This document shows positions 13,626 to 27,081 of a stretch of 64,000 nucleotides of DNA, in pieces. Source of the stretch: Octopus sinensis. Taxonomy: Eukaryota. Numbering within the stretch: position 1 is the stretch's first letter; each line of letters opens with the position of its first letter. Location: NCBI RefSeq assembly GCF_006345805.1, contig NC_043004.1, forward strand, positions 43,276,001-43,340,000, given 5' to 3'. Made by a program: the position numbers and the translations under genes. A model generated the notes under the pieces. That model was not told the origin of the DNA, made no database searches, and was given only the letters and a program-made list of their open reading frames with translations.

Positions 13626-14935
13626 AACAGAGAAGGGAGAATATGAAAGGGTGTAAGTATAGCTATGAAGGGGCTGATTAGTAATGGATTCTATGGAGTG
13701 TAATATTTGTGTGTGTATATATATTTTTCTTTTATTCTAAAGTTGAGGTATATTAATTGTTTGTCGTAGACCCGTTAAGAAGTGGCTTGTATTTTGTAAT
13801 AAAGAGATTTTCTTTACTTATTCGTTGTCTCGAGGTTGTATCGTCCCTAAATGGTAGAGGGGGGAAATTCTGAAGTTTGGTGTTTTTTTGTTGGCGCAAG
13901 TATCTATGTGTTGGCTAAAAGCTATTTTTTGTTTTGGGGAATTTTTATCTGGGATCTGTGCAGGGCCATTCGTTTACGCAAACCATTTTTTGTTTGGCCT
14001 ATGTACTGCTCTTGACACCCGGAGCAGGTTAGTGAGTATATTAGGTTCTCCGAAGCACATGTGAAGTTGCTTTTCACTGTAAACCGTTGTCCCTGTTTGA
14101 AGGAGAACTCTGATCCCTCAATTAGATAGTCGCATATCCCGCAATTGGGTCTTCCACATTTTTTTAACTGTCGGCTTCTGTGTTGAAGAGTGAATTCGGG
14201 CTTGTGTAAGGAGACTTTTCATGGATCTAGGCTGTCTTTTTCTTTTTATGATCGTGTGTGTTTGGAGGATTGTGTTCATTCTGTGGTCTTTTTTTAGGAG
14301 GGGTATGTTGTGGAGGATGGTGTCGAAGGCTTCGTTATTGAGAGGGTTGTGTGTGGAGATGTATGGTAAGGCTTTTGGTTGTAAGTTTTTCTTTGATTTG
14401 GGATGTCTCAGTTCCTTGATGTTAAGTTGAAGGGCACGTTGAATGCACTTGTCAATAAGTGAAGGTGGATAGTTCCTGGTGATTAGGGTATCTTTTAGTT
14501 CTTGTAGTCGTGTGTCTCTGGTGTTTGCGTTAGAGACTATAGTGCGTTTCCTTTTTGCTAGATTGAAGGGGATATTCATCCTGGTGTGTCTGGGGTGGCA
14601 TGAATTGAATGGAAGATATTGCTTAGAGTCTGTAGGCTTATAATATATGTCTGTTTCTATTATATTATTAGCTTTCTTAATGAGGATATCGAGGAAGGGG
14701 AGTTGTTGTTGGCTATATTCCATCGTGAATTGGATGTTTACGTCCAGTCCGTTTAAAATTTTCTGGAATTCTATGAGTTTTTCTATATTTTTATGCCAAA
14801 GGATGAAACAGTCATCTAGATATCACTTCCAGTTGTTTTCTATGTAGATGGAGAAAGGGCTGCCATATCTTTCTAGAACCTTACGATACAGACTGATCTC
14901 TAGGTATCCTATGACTATATATATATATATTATAT

Positions 14936-15029
<94 letters not shown>

Positions 15030-15031
15030 TC

Positions 15032-15065
<34 letters not shown>

Positions 15066-15346
15066 ATATATAATATATATATGTATATAAGTATGTATGT
15101 ATGACAATTACAATAAATACGGAGAATAATACATCTGCATATTGTTTATTTTTTCTTTCAATCCATTATACAGCCTAATGTACCTTACTACTCGATACCG
15201 TAAGCCATAAACTTGAATTATAATTGAGTGCTTGAACGGTAGTGTACTCGCCTCGAGATATTGTCCATCTCTATCTATTCAATATATATATATATATATT
15301 TACATACATACATTCATACAAAGCTCTTTAGACGATTCGATAGAGG

Positions 15347-15660
15347 TGCGACATGCAAACACAACATCTCTAGCAATACTAATAAGTACTGAAATATGCA
15401 AACTAATAGATAAAACATAGAAGTGCCGCCGGTTTTATATAGGAGATAATATTCTCCATGAAAGATAGCTCAACACAGACCAGGGACTCTCTCAGACTCA
15501 GTGGGCTAACTGCACTCTCGTCCGGTCGCTAATTTATAATAACTGGTGCTACTGTTCTGGCTGAGAGTAATCTGCAAAGAATAGTGTCGAAGAAAAAGAA
15601 CGGCACTGCTTAAAACGCCGGGTTCCTTGCAAGAGGCCCTGACTTCGTTATACAGTCACA
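15347..15660 (-). mobile_element. Possible solo-LTR remnant
   Basis: Minus strand begins TGTGAC and has TATA-like CTATATAAAACC; no TSD found, left end uncertain. Confidence 0.25.
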
Positions 15661-15709
15661 TGTCCGTGATTTATATATATATCTGTCTATTAATCTATAT
15701 ATCTATATA

Positions 15710-15940
15710 TTTCTTTACTACACACAAGGGGTTAAACACAGAGGGGACAAACAAGGACAAAAAAACGGATTAAGTCGATTACATCGACCCCAGTGCGCAA
15801 CTGATACTTAATTTATCGACCCCGAAAGGATGAAAGGCAAAGTCGACCTCGGCGGAATTTGAACTCAGAAGGTAACGACAGACGAAATAAGGCTACGCAT
15901 TTAGCCCGGCGTGCTAACGTTTCTGCCAACTCGCCGCCTC
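15710..15940 (-). mobile_element. SINE family D with LINE-type 3' tail
   Basis: Core TCGACCCCGAAAGGATGAAAGGCAAAGTCG recurs near 32990 and 57330; tail ACACAGAGGGGACA shared with 7870-7883. Confidence 0.85.
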
Positions 15941-16554
15941 TATATATCTATATGTGTGAGTATACAAGTATGTATGTCATTATTTAGTTTTCTTTGAAAC
16001 TTTCTTCCCAGCAGAGTCAGAGCCGTTTTCTAACCTACATCCAAGTATCCTTCACTGGAATTCCAACAACATCAACACGATATTATTGTTTGTATTCATA
16101 TCCTAGCATATCTAGACATGCTCATATATACTTAAATTATAAACTTCACAGATTTTTTACAGTTCCAGTGGTGGCTTAGATCTGTAGTTTTCGAATCAGC
16201 TTTCTCTATTTTGAATTTCAGAAGACTAATTGCTCAAGATTGCTGTGCATGTATGTATGTATGTATGTATGTATGTATGTATGTATGTATGTATGTATGT
16301 ATGTATGTATGTATGTATGTATGCATGTATGTATGTATGTATTTATGTCAATGTGCATGTGTGTTTGTCTATAATGATCATATAGCTTAGGGCGATTTAG
16401 AAGTTATGCATTTATGAGCAACATAATCTAATTATCAAATGCAATTAAATTGATATCGTCTCTTATCCTGAATTAGCGTCGACACTTATAAACGAATGCA
16501 AATTACGTATTCATCAGTTGTTATCAAACACAAGGCGGAATAGTGAGAATTAAT

Positions 16555-16745
16555 GTTGCTTTCGAATTTTGGCACAAGGCCATCAATTTCGGAGGTGATG
16601 AGCCGGTCATATCGACCCCACCGCTCATCAAGTAATTAATTTATCAAAAACAGATGCCTGGAATGTCATACGACCTCAGCGGATTTTAAACTAAGGATTC
16701 AAACACGAATGAAATGCCGCCAAGCATTCTACCAGCTCAGTGCCT
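16555..16745 (-). mobile_element. Degenerate SINE, family D-like
   Basis: TTTTGGCACAAGGCC..., ATCGACCCCA, CGACCTCAGCGGATTT. Confidence 0.6.
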
Positions 16746-17050
16746 TAGTGAGAATAAATATTATTTTTGTGTTTCTCTCGCTGAAATTGATATAGTAATT
16801 TAAAGTTATTTATTTGCTTTACAATTTTTAAATAATATTTGTAATTACACTAGAGTTTTATACATAATTTGAAAACATTGTCATTCTTTAAAATTCCACC
16901 CATAATAAGCAATCTATACGATGTATACGATGTCATTTCCTGCATGTAATAGGTAAAAGTTATAAGGCTATTACTTTATATGAGGAAACATTTTATATGT
17001 ATATGTTATGTGTTATGTGTGAGCCTGCGTGAGATTTCATATACAACGGT

Positions 17051-17090
<40 letters not shown>

Positions 17091-17177
17091 TAATAGATAG
17101 ATATAGAAACACACACACACACACACATATATATTATATATATATATATATACAACATACATACATACATATATATA

Positions 17178-17208
<31 letters not shown>

Positions 17209-17861
17209 ATATATATAATATACATATATGTAGGGTATATAGCCCCCTATATTGTTGCATACGTTCTTTCATAATGAATAAAAAATTGCGTAGTTAAATA
17301 TATAGGCTTATATTTTGTTAATATTCTTTTACATAAATCTGCATTTAAAACATTCTCTAAAGAGCATGAACACATTACAAGAAAAAGGAAAATCTTTCCA
17401 AGTACTTTGTAGATAGTCGATCCTGCATAGCTGCTGATTTGATAGTCGCAATTTCAATATATGAAAATATGAAAACAAATCCTCATAATTATATTCTTTG
17501 TCACTTAGCATTCTTGGAATCGCTATACGTTACATGAGGGCATAGTACATATGATTTATTTCCTATAAAAGAATTAAAAAATCATGAATCAAACACCCAT
17601 TGTAGTATTTTTTGAAAATGTTATTTGCAGCATGACTATATGTTCGAACTGCGCGCCACTTAGCCGCGCAACTATACATATATAGACATTTCTTATTTCA
17701 CACACAAACTGTTTTTCTTTTAATATATCTAATTTCTTTATCTGAATAGTTGCGTCTAATTATATTTATGTATGTATGTATGTATGTATGTATGTATGTA
17801 CGTATGTATATATATCTATATCTATCTATCTATCTATCTATTTCTCTCTCTCTCTCTCTCT

Positions 17862-17910
<49 letters not shown>

Positions 17911-18072
17911 GGAGCATTGGCGCAAAGCACTGTTTAGGTATGAGCAGAAATGAGGTTAGTTGAAATATGTGACAAACATATTTCTACTAACCTAAAAGGC
18001 AAATACACTGCGGTTACCGTAGAGAAATAATATCTATTTTGCTAAAAAGGTATTGAAACACCCAATTGGTTC

Positions 18073-18310
18073 CGTGTCGCCATATGTTAGGAATCTCAGA
18101 CATCGATGTTTCAAGTTTTTTGACTTTTGTCAATGAGATATACCCAAGAGGGCGCAAATCAGTCGACGTGTTGACTGAATTATATATATATAAAGCTGAA
18201 GTTTTATTAAGTTCGTTCACAGTTGCCTCTCTTGGGTATACCTCCATGACAAGAGTAACAGAAAAAGACTCGAAAATTCGATGTCTGAGATTCCTAATAG
18301 ATGGCCACGT
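18073..18310. repeat. Imperfect inverted repeat (~80-bp arms)
   Basis: TTAGGAATCTCAGACATCGA (18087-18106) pairs perfectly with 18278-18297; TATACCCAAGAG pairs with CTCTTGGGTATA. Confidence 0.9.
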
Positions 18311-18848
18311 GTGTATACTTACGTGTATATATATAGAGAGAAACACCTACACAGACACATATCGCTATCACTTATGTCATATTTTAAAGGTTACTGTACC
18401 AATTAACTTATGCAAACTAATTCCTTGTTTTGCTTTCTCTTTCAAATGAAAATTTTACACTCGACCTTCTGTTAGTATAATTATAACGTAAACAATTTCA
18501 ATTTTAGCCTTCTACATATTTCATTTCATTGGATTATTTTGTCGTGGTTTTCTCTTGCATGTTGCTTTCAACTCCCTTGAAAGTATCATACTTCAGAAAA
18601 ACCTCAGTTTCATGTATAGGCATTAAACTGTAGTACACAGAATTAATACCACATTGCAGGAACCTTTCTCTCGTATGTGCTATGAAGCGTTTGGTATGAA
18701 GGCAATCCATGTCAATCGTCCATCAATAAACTTGTGTGCTTCATTAACTATGAATTTGAGTTCGATATTTTGAAAGTTAATATATATGATAGATGGGACG
18801 TAATTGAAAGGGCGATTCTGGCATATTCTTGGTAATTAATAGATATTT

Positions 18849-19011
18849 AGGCGCAGGCGGAACTGTGAAGTAAGAAGCTTCCTTCCTAACTACATAGTTC
18901 TAGGTTCAGTCCCACTGCGTTGCACTTTAGACGATGTATCCTACTTTAGCGTCGAACCCACCAAAGCCTTGTCAGAGGATTTGATAGACGGGAACTGAAG
19001 CAGAATTATCG

Positions 19012-19058
<47 letters not shown>

Positions 19059-19134
19059 TGTGTGTGTGCGTGTGTGTGCGTGAATGTGTGTGTGGTGTTT
19101 GTACTATGTGTGTAAGAGTGTATGTGTATATGCG

Positions 19135-19168
<34 letters not shown>

Positions 19169-19178
19169 CATATATATA

Positions 19179-19225
<47 letters not shown>

Positions 19226-19310
19226 GTATGCATGTATGTATGTATGTATGTATATAAATGTATTTAAACGGCGGTGCATCAGCATGGCCGAAGCTCTGAG
19301 CTGAAACAAA
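18849..19310 (+). mobile_element. SINE family A with expanded internal microsatellite
   Basis: GGTTCAGTCCCACTGCG, CCAAAGCCTTGT, tail GGCGGTGCATCAGCATGGCC. Confidence 0.75.
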
Positions 19311-20243
19311 AACAATATATATATGTATATATATATATACACATATAATGCCATCGGTACATATATCCGTGTATCTACATGTGCGTGTGCGATTATAAAT
19401 GTATTTGTGCTTTTGTGTGTTTGCAGGTACTTACTTAATTATCTACCTACGTATCCATCCACTGCTCTTTCTCTCAATGTACATATACCTCCTATAAATA
19501 TATCTATTTGTGTGAATACGTGTGCGAATGTGTGTACCTACGTCTGTACTTTTGTCTCCTTCATTGTGTGTAATTTTATAGTGTAGTGTGTGGAGGGATG
19601 TGCGTTTGCGCTGCCAATACTAAAACCAGAAAACTAAAATCTTATAGAGGTAACATGACATTTTGACATTCATCAAACTTGTAAAAGTCAATGATGACAA
19701 ATAGCTATGGTGAGCTTTTAATATATCTCAAAGTGAGAAGTCACGATGATTAGTTATAAATCATGTAATTGTATATATTTCTCAATTGAAATCTTTTCTA
19801 ATTATTGAAATGTAACATGATTGCGCTTTTAAACGCAGTAGTTAAAATTGCCAGTGGCATGTTCACATACTCATTAGAACGGCGCGACACTACGATGGAT
19901 AACATATCATGCTGGTCTTGTATATATACACATGCATGCACACATGCACGAGCACGTATATGTGTGTTTGTATATATAAAAGTGCATGCATACTTATACA
20001 TATATATGCGTATATAAACATTCAGTATACTTTTGTGTGGTTGTAACGCTATTAAGTGATAGCTAAGCAAAAATAACGTATACTGAGTCTTATTACAATT
20101 TATACACACACATTCTCTCTCACACACGCACACACACACACAAACACACACACACACACATATATATATATATGCATAAAATAGAATAGATATATGTACA
20201 TACACATATATATATACATAAAATAGAATATATATCTATATAT

Positions 20244-20315
<72 letters not shown>

Positions 20316-20975
20316 TGTTCGTGTGTGCGTATGAGTAGGTATGTTTATGCAAGTGTGCATGTCTGTGTGCATATATATCTCACAGAGGTAGGCATGAAAG
20401 ATGATATAACAAAAGAACACCCCAGACACCCCCAGACACACATATGTTTTCATAGATGTATATATATATCACCATGCATACATATTCACATGTGTGTGCA
20501 CGCGCGCGCGTGTCTTACTGTGTGTCTGCATATTACTAGCGCCGAATATTTCCCTTAATTGTTGTACTATCTAGAAATAGCACAAATTATATTCAACTTT
20601 CACCAGATCAAGCTACTTAATTATTTCAAGATCAACACTACACTGGTAAAATGTTGTAATAATCAATATAGCTGCTCCTTAGGTTGACAAAGTAGTGATT
20701 TCAATTATTACTGATTTATGAGAAATTACAACGGAGGCTCGAGACATCATGTGCATTTTGTGCTTGGCTTCCACATATATACATTGAAATCATATAACGT
20801 AAATTTATACATGCTTAAGTCTGTGTGCGCATAAATGCAAGTACGTAACTTTAATATATGCATACATACTCCTCCCCCTCTTCTTCCCCTCCCCTTCTCT
20901 CACCCCTCTTCTCCCCCTCCCCCTCTTCTCACTACACCACATGACTTTACACATCACATCACATATGATGTGCCA

Positions 20976-21310
20976 TACTAATACACACACCAACTAATAC
21001 ATACTAATACGTACTAATACATACTAGTACATACTAATACTTACACCAACCCTATACATACACACGTCCAGACCCCGCATACGCACTTATACTCTCTCAC
21101 ACACACACACACACACCTATACATACCAATACGTACTAATACATACTAATACATACTAATACATACCAACCCCATACATACGCACGTCCAGACCAATCTT
21201 ACGCACTAATACTCTCTCATACACACACCCACACACACACACACACCCTTATACATACTAATACATACACCAACCCTATACATACACACATCCAGACCCC
21301 TCCCACGCAC
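20976..21310. repeat. Minisatellite: three ~104-120 bp units built on ATACTAATAC subrepeats
   Basis: CAACCCTATACATACACACGTCCAGACC-like anchor at 21047, 21167 and 21271. Confidence 0.85.
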
Positions 21311-21482
21311 TTTTAGCTGGTCCCTCAACCCGTTTATCAACCCTATTATATCCCCTTATTTCGCTCTCGCGTCTCATGTTTGATCTTTGACCTCTGGCCG
21401 AAATCAGATCGCCATGTTGATTCGTTAGCTACTGCACGCATTTTTTTTCTCTCCTTCTTTCTGTTTTTTCTCTCTCTGTGTA

Positions 21483-21520
21483 TCTTTCTGTTGAAGAGCG
21501 TAGGCTCGAAACGTTAAAGA
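21483..21520 (+). ncRNA. Hammerhead-like motif (core CTGTTGA) in a PLE terminal fragment ending at ~21616
   Basis: TCTTT-CTGTTGA-A-GAGC GTAG GCTC-GAAA-CGTTA-AAGA; palindromic AACGTT as stem III. Confidence 0.6.
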
Positions 21521-21645
21521 CTTGTTTTATTTTATTTCCTGAGCGCCATACTAATACAATTGTTCGTTTGTTTTCACCTGCCTCGTCTTTTGTTTATTTT
21601 CATAAAGCTTCCGTTATATATATATATATATATATCTGTTGTGTG

Positions 21646-21677
<32 letters not shown>

Positions 21678-21684
21678 TATATAA

Positions 21685-21738
<54 letters not shown>

Positions 21739-21906
21739 CTCTCTCATGCACCAAATGGCAGTTGCTAAAAAGCTTTCGTGAAGTAAAACCATGTAGCAAC
21801 ACCAAATGGCGGTGCCCCAGCATGGCCACAGCTCGTGAGCTGAAACTATAATCAATCAATCAATCATATATATATATACGCGTGTGAATGCATGTAGATA
21901 TGTATG

Positions 21907-21964
<58 letters not shown>

Positions 21965-21980
21965 AACATATATATATATA

Positions 21981-22495
21981 TCATCATCATCATCATCATC
22001 ATGATATTCAGATATCGAACTATTCGATGCTGTGGTCATCACGATGTCTTGTCACCTTCCCCTGTCCTCTACCCCATGGACAGCTGAGATTAAGTACAAT
22101 CCTGTGGCTGCGATGTCTTTCAGCCAAGACGTGGGTGGTCTGCCTCTTTTACGTTTGCCGCTCACCTTGCCAGTTATGATGGTTCGCCCAAGTCCATCCC
22201 GGCGCATGAAATGGCCAAAGAACCGTAGCTTCCGCTTCAGGATTTTTCGCCGAAGCGTCATCTCGCAACCGACCTTTTCTATTCGTCCAGTTGTTCGTCT
22301 TTCTCTCTGTCCACGACACTCTAAGGATTCTGCGGTAACACCACATTTCAAAAGCGCTCACTCTTTTTTCGTCTGCCTTCAACATTGTCCACGACTCGCA
22401 GCCGTACGTCGCAATAGAGTAAGCGGCAGCGCGAAGTAGCCTTGTTTTCAGCAGCATTGACACGTCGCGACTCTTCCAGATGTTCTCCATATCTG
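21981..22495 (-). mobile_element. RTE-clade LINE 3' fragment with (GAT)n tail
   Basis: YGCESWT..AFEMWCYRRILRVSW, LRFFGHFMRRDG, GKRKRGRPPTSW; frameshifted. Confidence 0.9.
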
Positions 22496-23027
22496 TGTAG
22501 GCATAAACGAATTTTTGGTGAGTTAAAGTATGTTTGTGACTTACTTCAATTTTTAAAGTTAAATTCACTGCAGTTACCACGAATAACAAAAATCATCTTA
22601 AGGTAAAAAAAAAAGTGTAAAAGCAGCATAATTTTCTCCGTGCTGTCTCCCATCGTTTTCTCAAACGCATTCCGATCTCCTTAGCAATCTCGTGAGCAAT
22701 GGGAAATTTCGTAGAAAGGTAAAACAGAACAGATTTTAAAGCCATTGCTTTAGCTAAATGAAATTTAAGAACATTGACTTATAAGCGACGTGGGACCGCC
22801 AAGGCAAAATATATTGTACTGTATCAGCGCGAAGCAGTCTTTCTTCATAATATAATTGATAACAGCTAAACAGCTAAAACGATTTCTGTGGGTCCAATAA
22901 TGGCATAGCACTGGGTAAATATGTTGTACTTCTTCTCCGTGGTATCTGTAGTGAAGTTGCCCTTAGCAGTTGAAATATGTCACACACATTTCTTATTACA
23001 CCTAAAGATCGCTTGTGCCCAAACACT

Positions 23028-23372
23028 GGTTGGCTGCTTCCCAAAGAGATGGTTCCGGGTTCAATCGCACTGCGTGACATTTTAGTCAAGCGTCTTCTAA
23101 TATAACAGCCTGTGGCTGAGCAAAACTTTGTGAGTGGATTTGTAATAAGGAATATGAAAAAGCCCCTCGTATATATAAGTGTGTGTATGTGTGTGTATTT
23201 GTGTCTGTGTTTGTCTCTCGCATCATCGCTTGGCAACCGGTGTGTGTAAGGATAGACTAAGTACTGGGCATAAAAAATAAGTCCTGAGGTCGATTTGCTG
23301 GATGAAAACCCATCAAGGTAGCGCATCAGCATGGCTGCTGGCAAATGTCGGAAACAAGTAAGCGAATAGAAG
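23028..23372 (+). mobile_element. SINE family A, diverged
   Basis: GGTTCCGGGTTCAATCGCACTGCGTG ... AAGTCCTGAGGTCGATTTGCT ... GAAACAAGTAA. Confidence 0.8.
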
Positions 23373-23382
23373 TATATATACA

Positions 23383-23762
23383 AGAAAGAAAGGCCAGGCC
23401 TGGCCAAACAACGGTCACATGTGGAGTGAAGCAAGAGAAGTAGAGGAATAGAAGAATTAAGAAGAGGCGGGGGAAAAGTGAAAGGGACACAATGAAGTGA
23501 AAGAGGGAAAGTGAGCATGAAGAGAAGGCCAGGGAATGTGAGAGAAGGGAAGGAAGGAACGAAGAGTAGAATGAATGTGAAAGGGCTGATTGAAAGAGGG
23601 AAAGAATGAAAGAATAGGACTTTTCTTCATGCTCAGTTTTCCTCTTCCACTTCATCGTGTCTCATTCGTTTTTCTGTCGTCCCTTCTTAATTCTTCTATC
23701 CCTCTACTACTTTCTCTTCTCTCCCCACGTGACTGGTGTTTGGCCGGGCCAGACATTTCTTG
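23383..23762. repeat. Imperfect inverted repeat, ~145-bp purine/pyrimidine-skewed arms
   Basis: ATAGAAGAATTAAGAAG pairs with CTTCTTAATTCTTCTAT; TGAGCATGAAGA with TCTTCATGCTCA; GGCCAAACA with TGTTTGGCC. Confidence 0.85.
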
Positions 23763-25129
23763 GTTGGACTACTGTCCGTGAAACATTTATATTCCTTCCT
23801 GTGCTTCTTAAAGCCTATGTCCCTGTCGTAAGGCTTTACTTCTACGCACGACAGGTTAATGTAATTCGTACTCAGTCGAAAGACACCTGTTGTTATGCCC
23901 TGTTATTTGTATTTGTGTAACAATTTTCGTTTTTGTTCCCAAGGAATGTAATGCTCTTTGCTTTTTGTTTCCTGGGGCTGGCCAGATTGGAGCAATCTCG
24001 AGTATAACCAGCCGAAATTGCAGAGAAAATCTGGAACTCGAATATGGATAGAAAACTCCGAATGATCCGTCCTTCTTTTCCTTGTATCGTATGTCTGTAT
24101 ATTTTGCTATCCTTTTTTTTTTCACCTAACAGTCTGGATGTTTTGCGATCTTGTCCTATTTTTGTATATTTTTATATTTAAAATATGGCGGCGTACTTAC
24201 AATTTGGTCTCGTCTCTTATATACATATATATGTACATATATATATGCTTGTGTGTTTGAACGTGTGCATTTTGGAGTCTATGCGAATGTGGTCTTATCT
24301 GGTATAAGACCCAATCCTGCAATATCTATGCCTTAGAACATATAAGATGTCCCAAACTAAATATAATTTCAACCATGGCTATCCTAATAGATTTGGAAAG
24401 TAAAGTGTATGTGGTTATCACGAGAATGATATATCAACTCATGAATTAAAGCATATTCGGAAAGAATTTATAAAATTCCACCGCAAGAAAAAGCATAGGT
24501 ATTATACCTTTACAGTCAATAATGTTACTAATAGAATCATTTGGAACAAATTATTTGCTACAATAAACATTAGTATATGCTATCACCAATTTTCAAATGT
24601 CGACTAACCCTTGGTTCCATCTGGTATTTATTGCTATGTACAGATGTTAAAAAAACTGGTTATTATTGCTTTTCAATTGATTGCGATGTGAATAGAACGG
24701 ATCCTTCAAAAAGACCCGTTTTATGTTGTGCAACGTAAAATACTTAAACAGTGTATTAATTCAGAAGCATTATCAATTATGACTATTTGTACAAACAGCT
24801 ACTTTAAAAATATCCATTATATCTTGCATCCAAAATTTTGTAACTGTAGCATTCATAAAATACGGAAATAAAAACTTTTAAATATTATGCAGCAAACACA
24901 TAAAAGATTAAATATACATAAATGCATATTTCAATGAATATACTTCTGTCTAAAATTCATGTGATTTTATCGAGAAACTCAGTGTTTCACAACACTATGA
25001 AATTCCCTGGGAATGCTGAATTTGTGATATTAATGATATAATGGTGTTTAAGATTGCATAGGATTTCAAAATTAAGGAAGTCGTTAGCTGTCTTTTATTA
25101 TCCCTATTACTATATAGATTTTTGTTTTT

Positions 25130-25427
25130 TTTCTTCCTTCTCGAGCCATGCCTGGCTCATAGGGACCAGTTTCTCGGTTTCTTGGCATGTAGGTTCCCCA
25201 CGTATATGGGACGCCGGTCTATCGCAGGTGAGCTGCGAGATGCAGGAGGAAAAAGAGAGAGAAAGTTGTGGCGAAAGAGTCAGAAGTTTTGCCATTACCC
25301 TCTGCCGGAGCCGCGTGGAGCTTAGGTGTTTCGCTCATAAATACACACATCGTCCGGTCTGAGATTCGAACCTGCAATCCCTCGACCGCGAGTCCGCTGC
25401 TCTAACCACTAGGCCATGTGCCTCCAC
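25130..25427 (-). mobile_element. SINE family B head with a different tail
   Basis: Reverse complement TGGCCTAGTGGTTAGAGCAGCGGACTCGCGGTC...GGTTCGAATCTC. Confidence 0.85.
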
Positions 25428-26292
25428 AACTACTATATAGATACTCAACTCAAGCATATATCAAATGCTATATTAATGAGACTATACACACTAGTAGGTA
25501 TAACAAGACTCACAGTCACCCGTCTGTACGAAAACATTAGATTGACTTTTGCTTTGTTATTTTATGCTAACTATGAATAGAGATCTGAACCTAGCTACTA
25601 TATACCTACTACTAATCATAATAAAGCGCAAATATAACCTCCGATTCTAAATACTTCAATTTTCTGCATTTTTGCTACTCATTGGGACAATGTAAATGAC
25701 CTACAAACACAAAGATATGGAACTTCACACACACCCACGCACACACATGCATGCATACAGATATAGAGACATACACACAAACGCAAACAGACGCCATGTC
25801 TCTCACATACACACACAAACACACACATACAAACACGCATATATTTACATTAAATGTAAATGTATTACCATATAATGTAGTGTATCTGTAACACGTAATT
25901 CCTGTCAAAACTAAAAGTTAGTCTTATATTCCAATTATTGCAGACAAAATGTAGGAAACTATGAGAGATGTGACTGTAATTGTGCATAGCAAAAGTTGTG
26001 ATAATATGAAATAAATTGAAATCATGATTCCTTCCGTTAAATTCTTGACATGTTTTCCCTGGAGGGAAGACAACTTTCATAGATATTTTGAAAAAATAGC
26101 AGATAGTTACGTCTTCCACAGAACTTTACTTATAAGTGTTATGATGTACATCGGATTTGCTTATATGAATGCAGAAATACGCACCAAAATACACTAAACA
26201 CAAGTAAATATATATGTACACTCATGTATATGAGTGCATGCGTGCATATACATACATACATACACACACATACACAAACACACACACATATG

Positions 26293-26343
<51 letters not shown>

Positions 26344-26917
26344 ATATATATATACATATATATATAAATTAGAGAAAAACACTATTATGTAATTCAAACA
26401 ATGATAGACATAAATCAAATCATAAATAAAAAATAAAATATATTTTTAAACAAATAACTAGATCACAAACAGTACAAAAATGAACGATATATAATAATTA
26501 AAATAATTAAAAAGACTGCGTACGTTTCATGTAGTATAACACCTAAATATTATTATCATTATTATATATTATTATTATTATTATGATATATATATATATA
26601 TATGGTTCGTGTTTTAACAGCCCTTTTCAGTATGTAAGGTGTCCTGTTATGGTCACCTCCTTTGAGTATTGAAATGTACTCTAATTTATATGAAAAATAT
26701 GTTGTCTGTGGACTCTATTACGCATTCTGACTACTGGTAGAATATTTCTCCAAATTTTCTACCATAAATATTTTGATAGTAAAATTTTTCGTAAAGTTGA
26801 AGTACGCTGGCACGTAACTTTTATTTGCCGCCGATTGTAGCTGCGCTTGCGTGGTAGATTTGTACCAGTTTCACACTGGGTTCGATGTAATCGACTTAAT
26901 CTCCTTGTCTGTCCTGT

Positions 26918-27081
26918 TTTTAGCAAATAAAATATTTTGGTAGGCGAAATTTCTCATTCGCGACCGCGCCATAACACTAACACAATTCAGAGACGAATAA
27001 CACTTGTCTCTCATCGTGTTAGTATTATGGCGCGGTCACGATTGAGAAATTTCGCCTAGCAAATTATTTTATTTGCTAAAA
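26918..27081. repeat. Inverted repeat, 66-bp arms (about 5 mismatches)
   Basis: 26918-26983 versus 27016-27081; inner AGAGAC/GTCTCT also pairs. Confidence 0.92.

Larger units (their letters stand above)
12948..14915 (-). mobile_element. 5'-truncated Penelope-like element (RT C-terminus, GIY-YIG endonuclease, 3' pLTR), pseudogenised
   Basis: YLDDCF, LPFLDI, YYKPTDSKQYL..SCHPRH, then NFTCASENLIYSLTCSGCQEQYIGQT; stops and frameshifts; both ends in (TA)n. Confidence 0.92.

Noticed and set aside
13364-13681. Acidic poly-E/D 105-aa ORF
   Set aside because: Trinucleotide repeat inside a PLE 3' region; no other support
20976-21310. CRISPR-like repeat-spacer pattern
   Set aside because: Intervening sequences are themselves repeated; eukaryotic context, no cas genes
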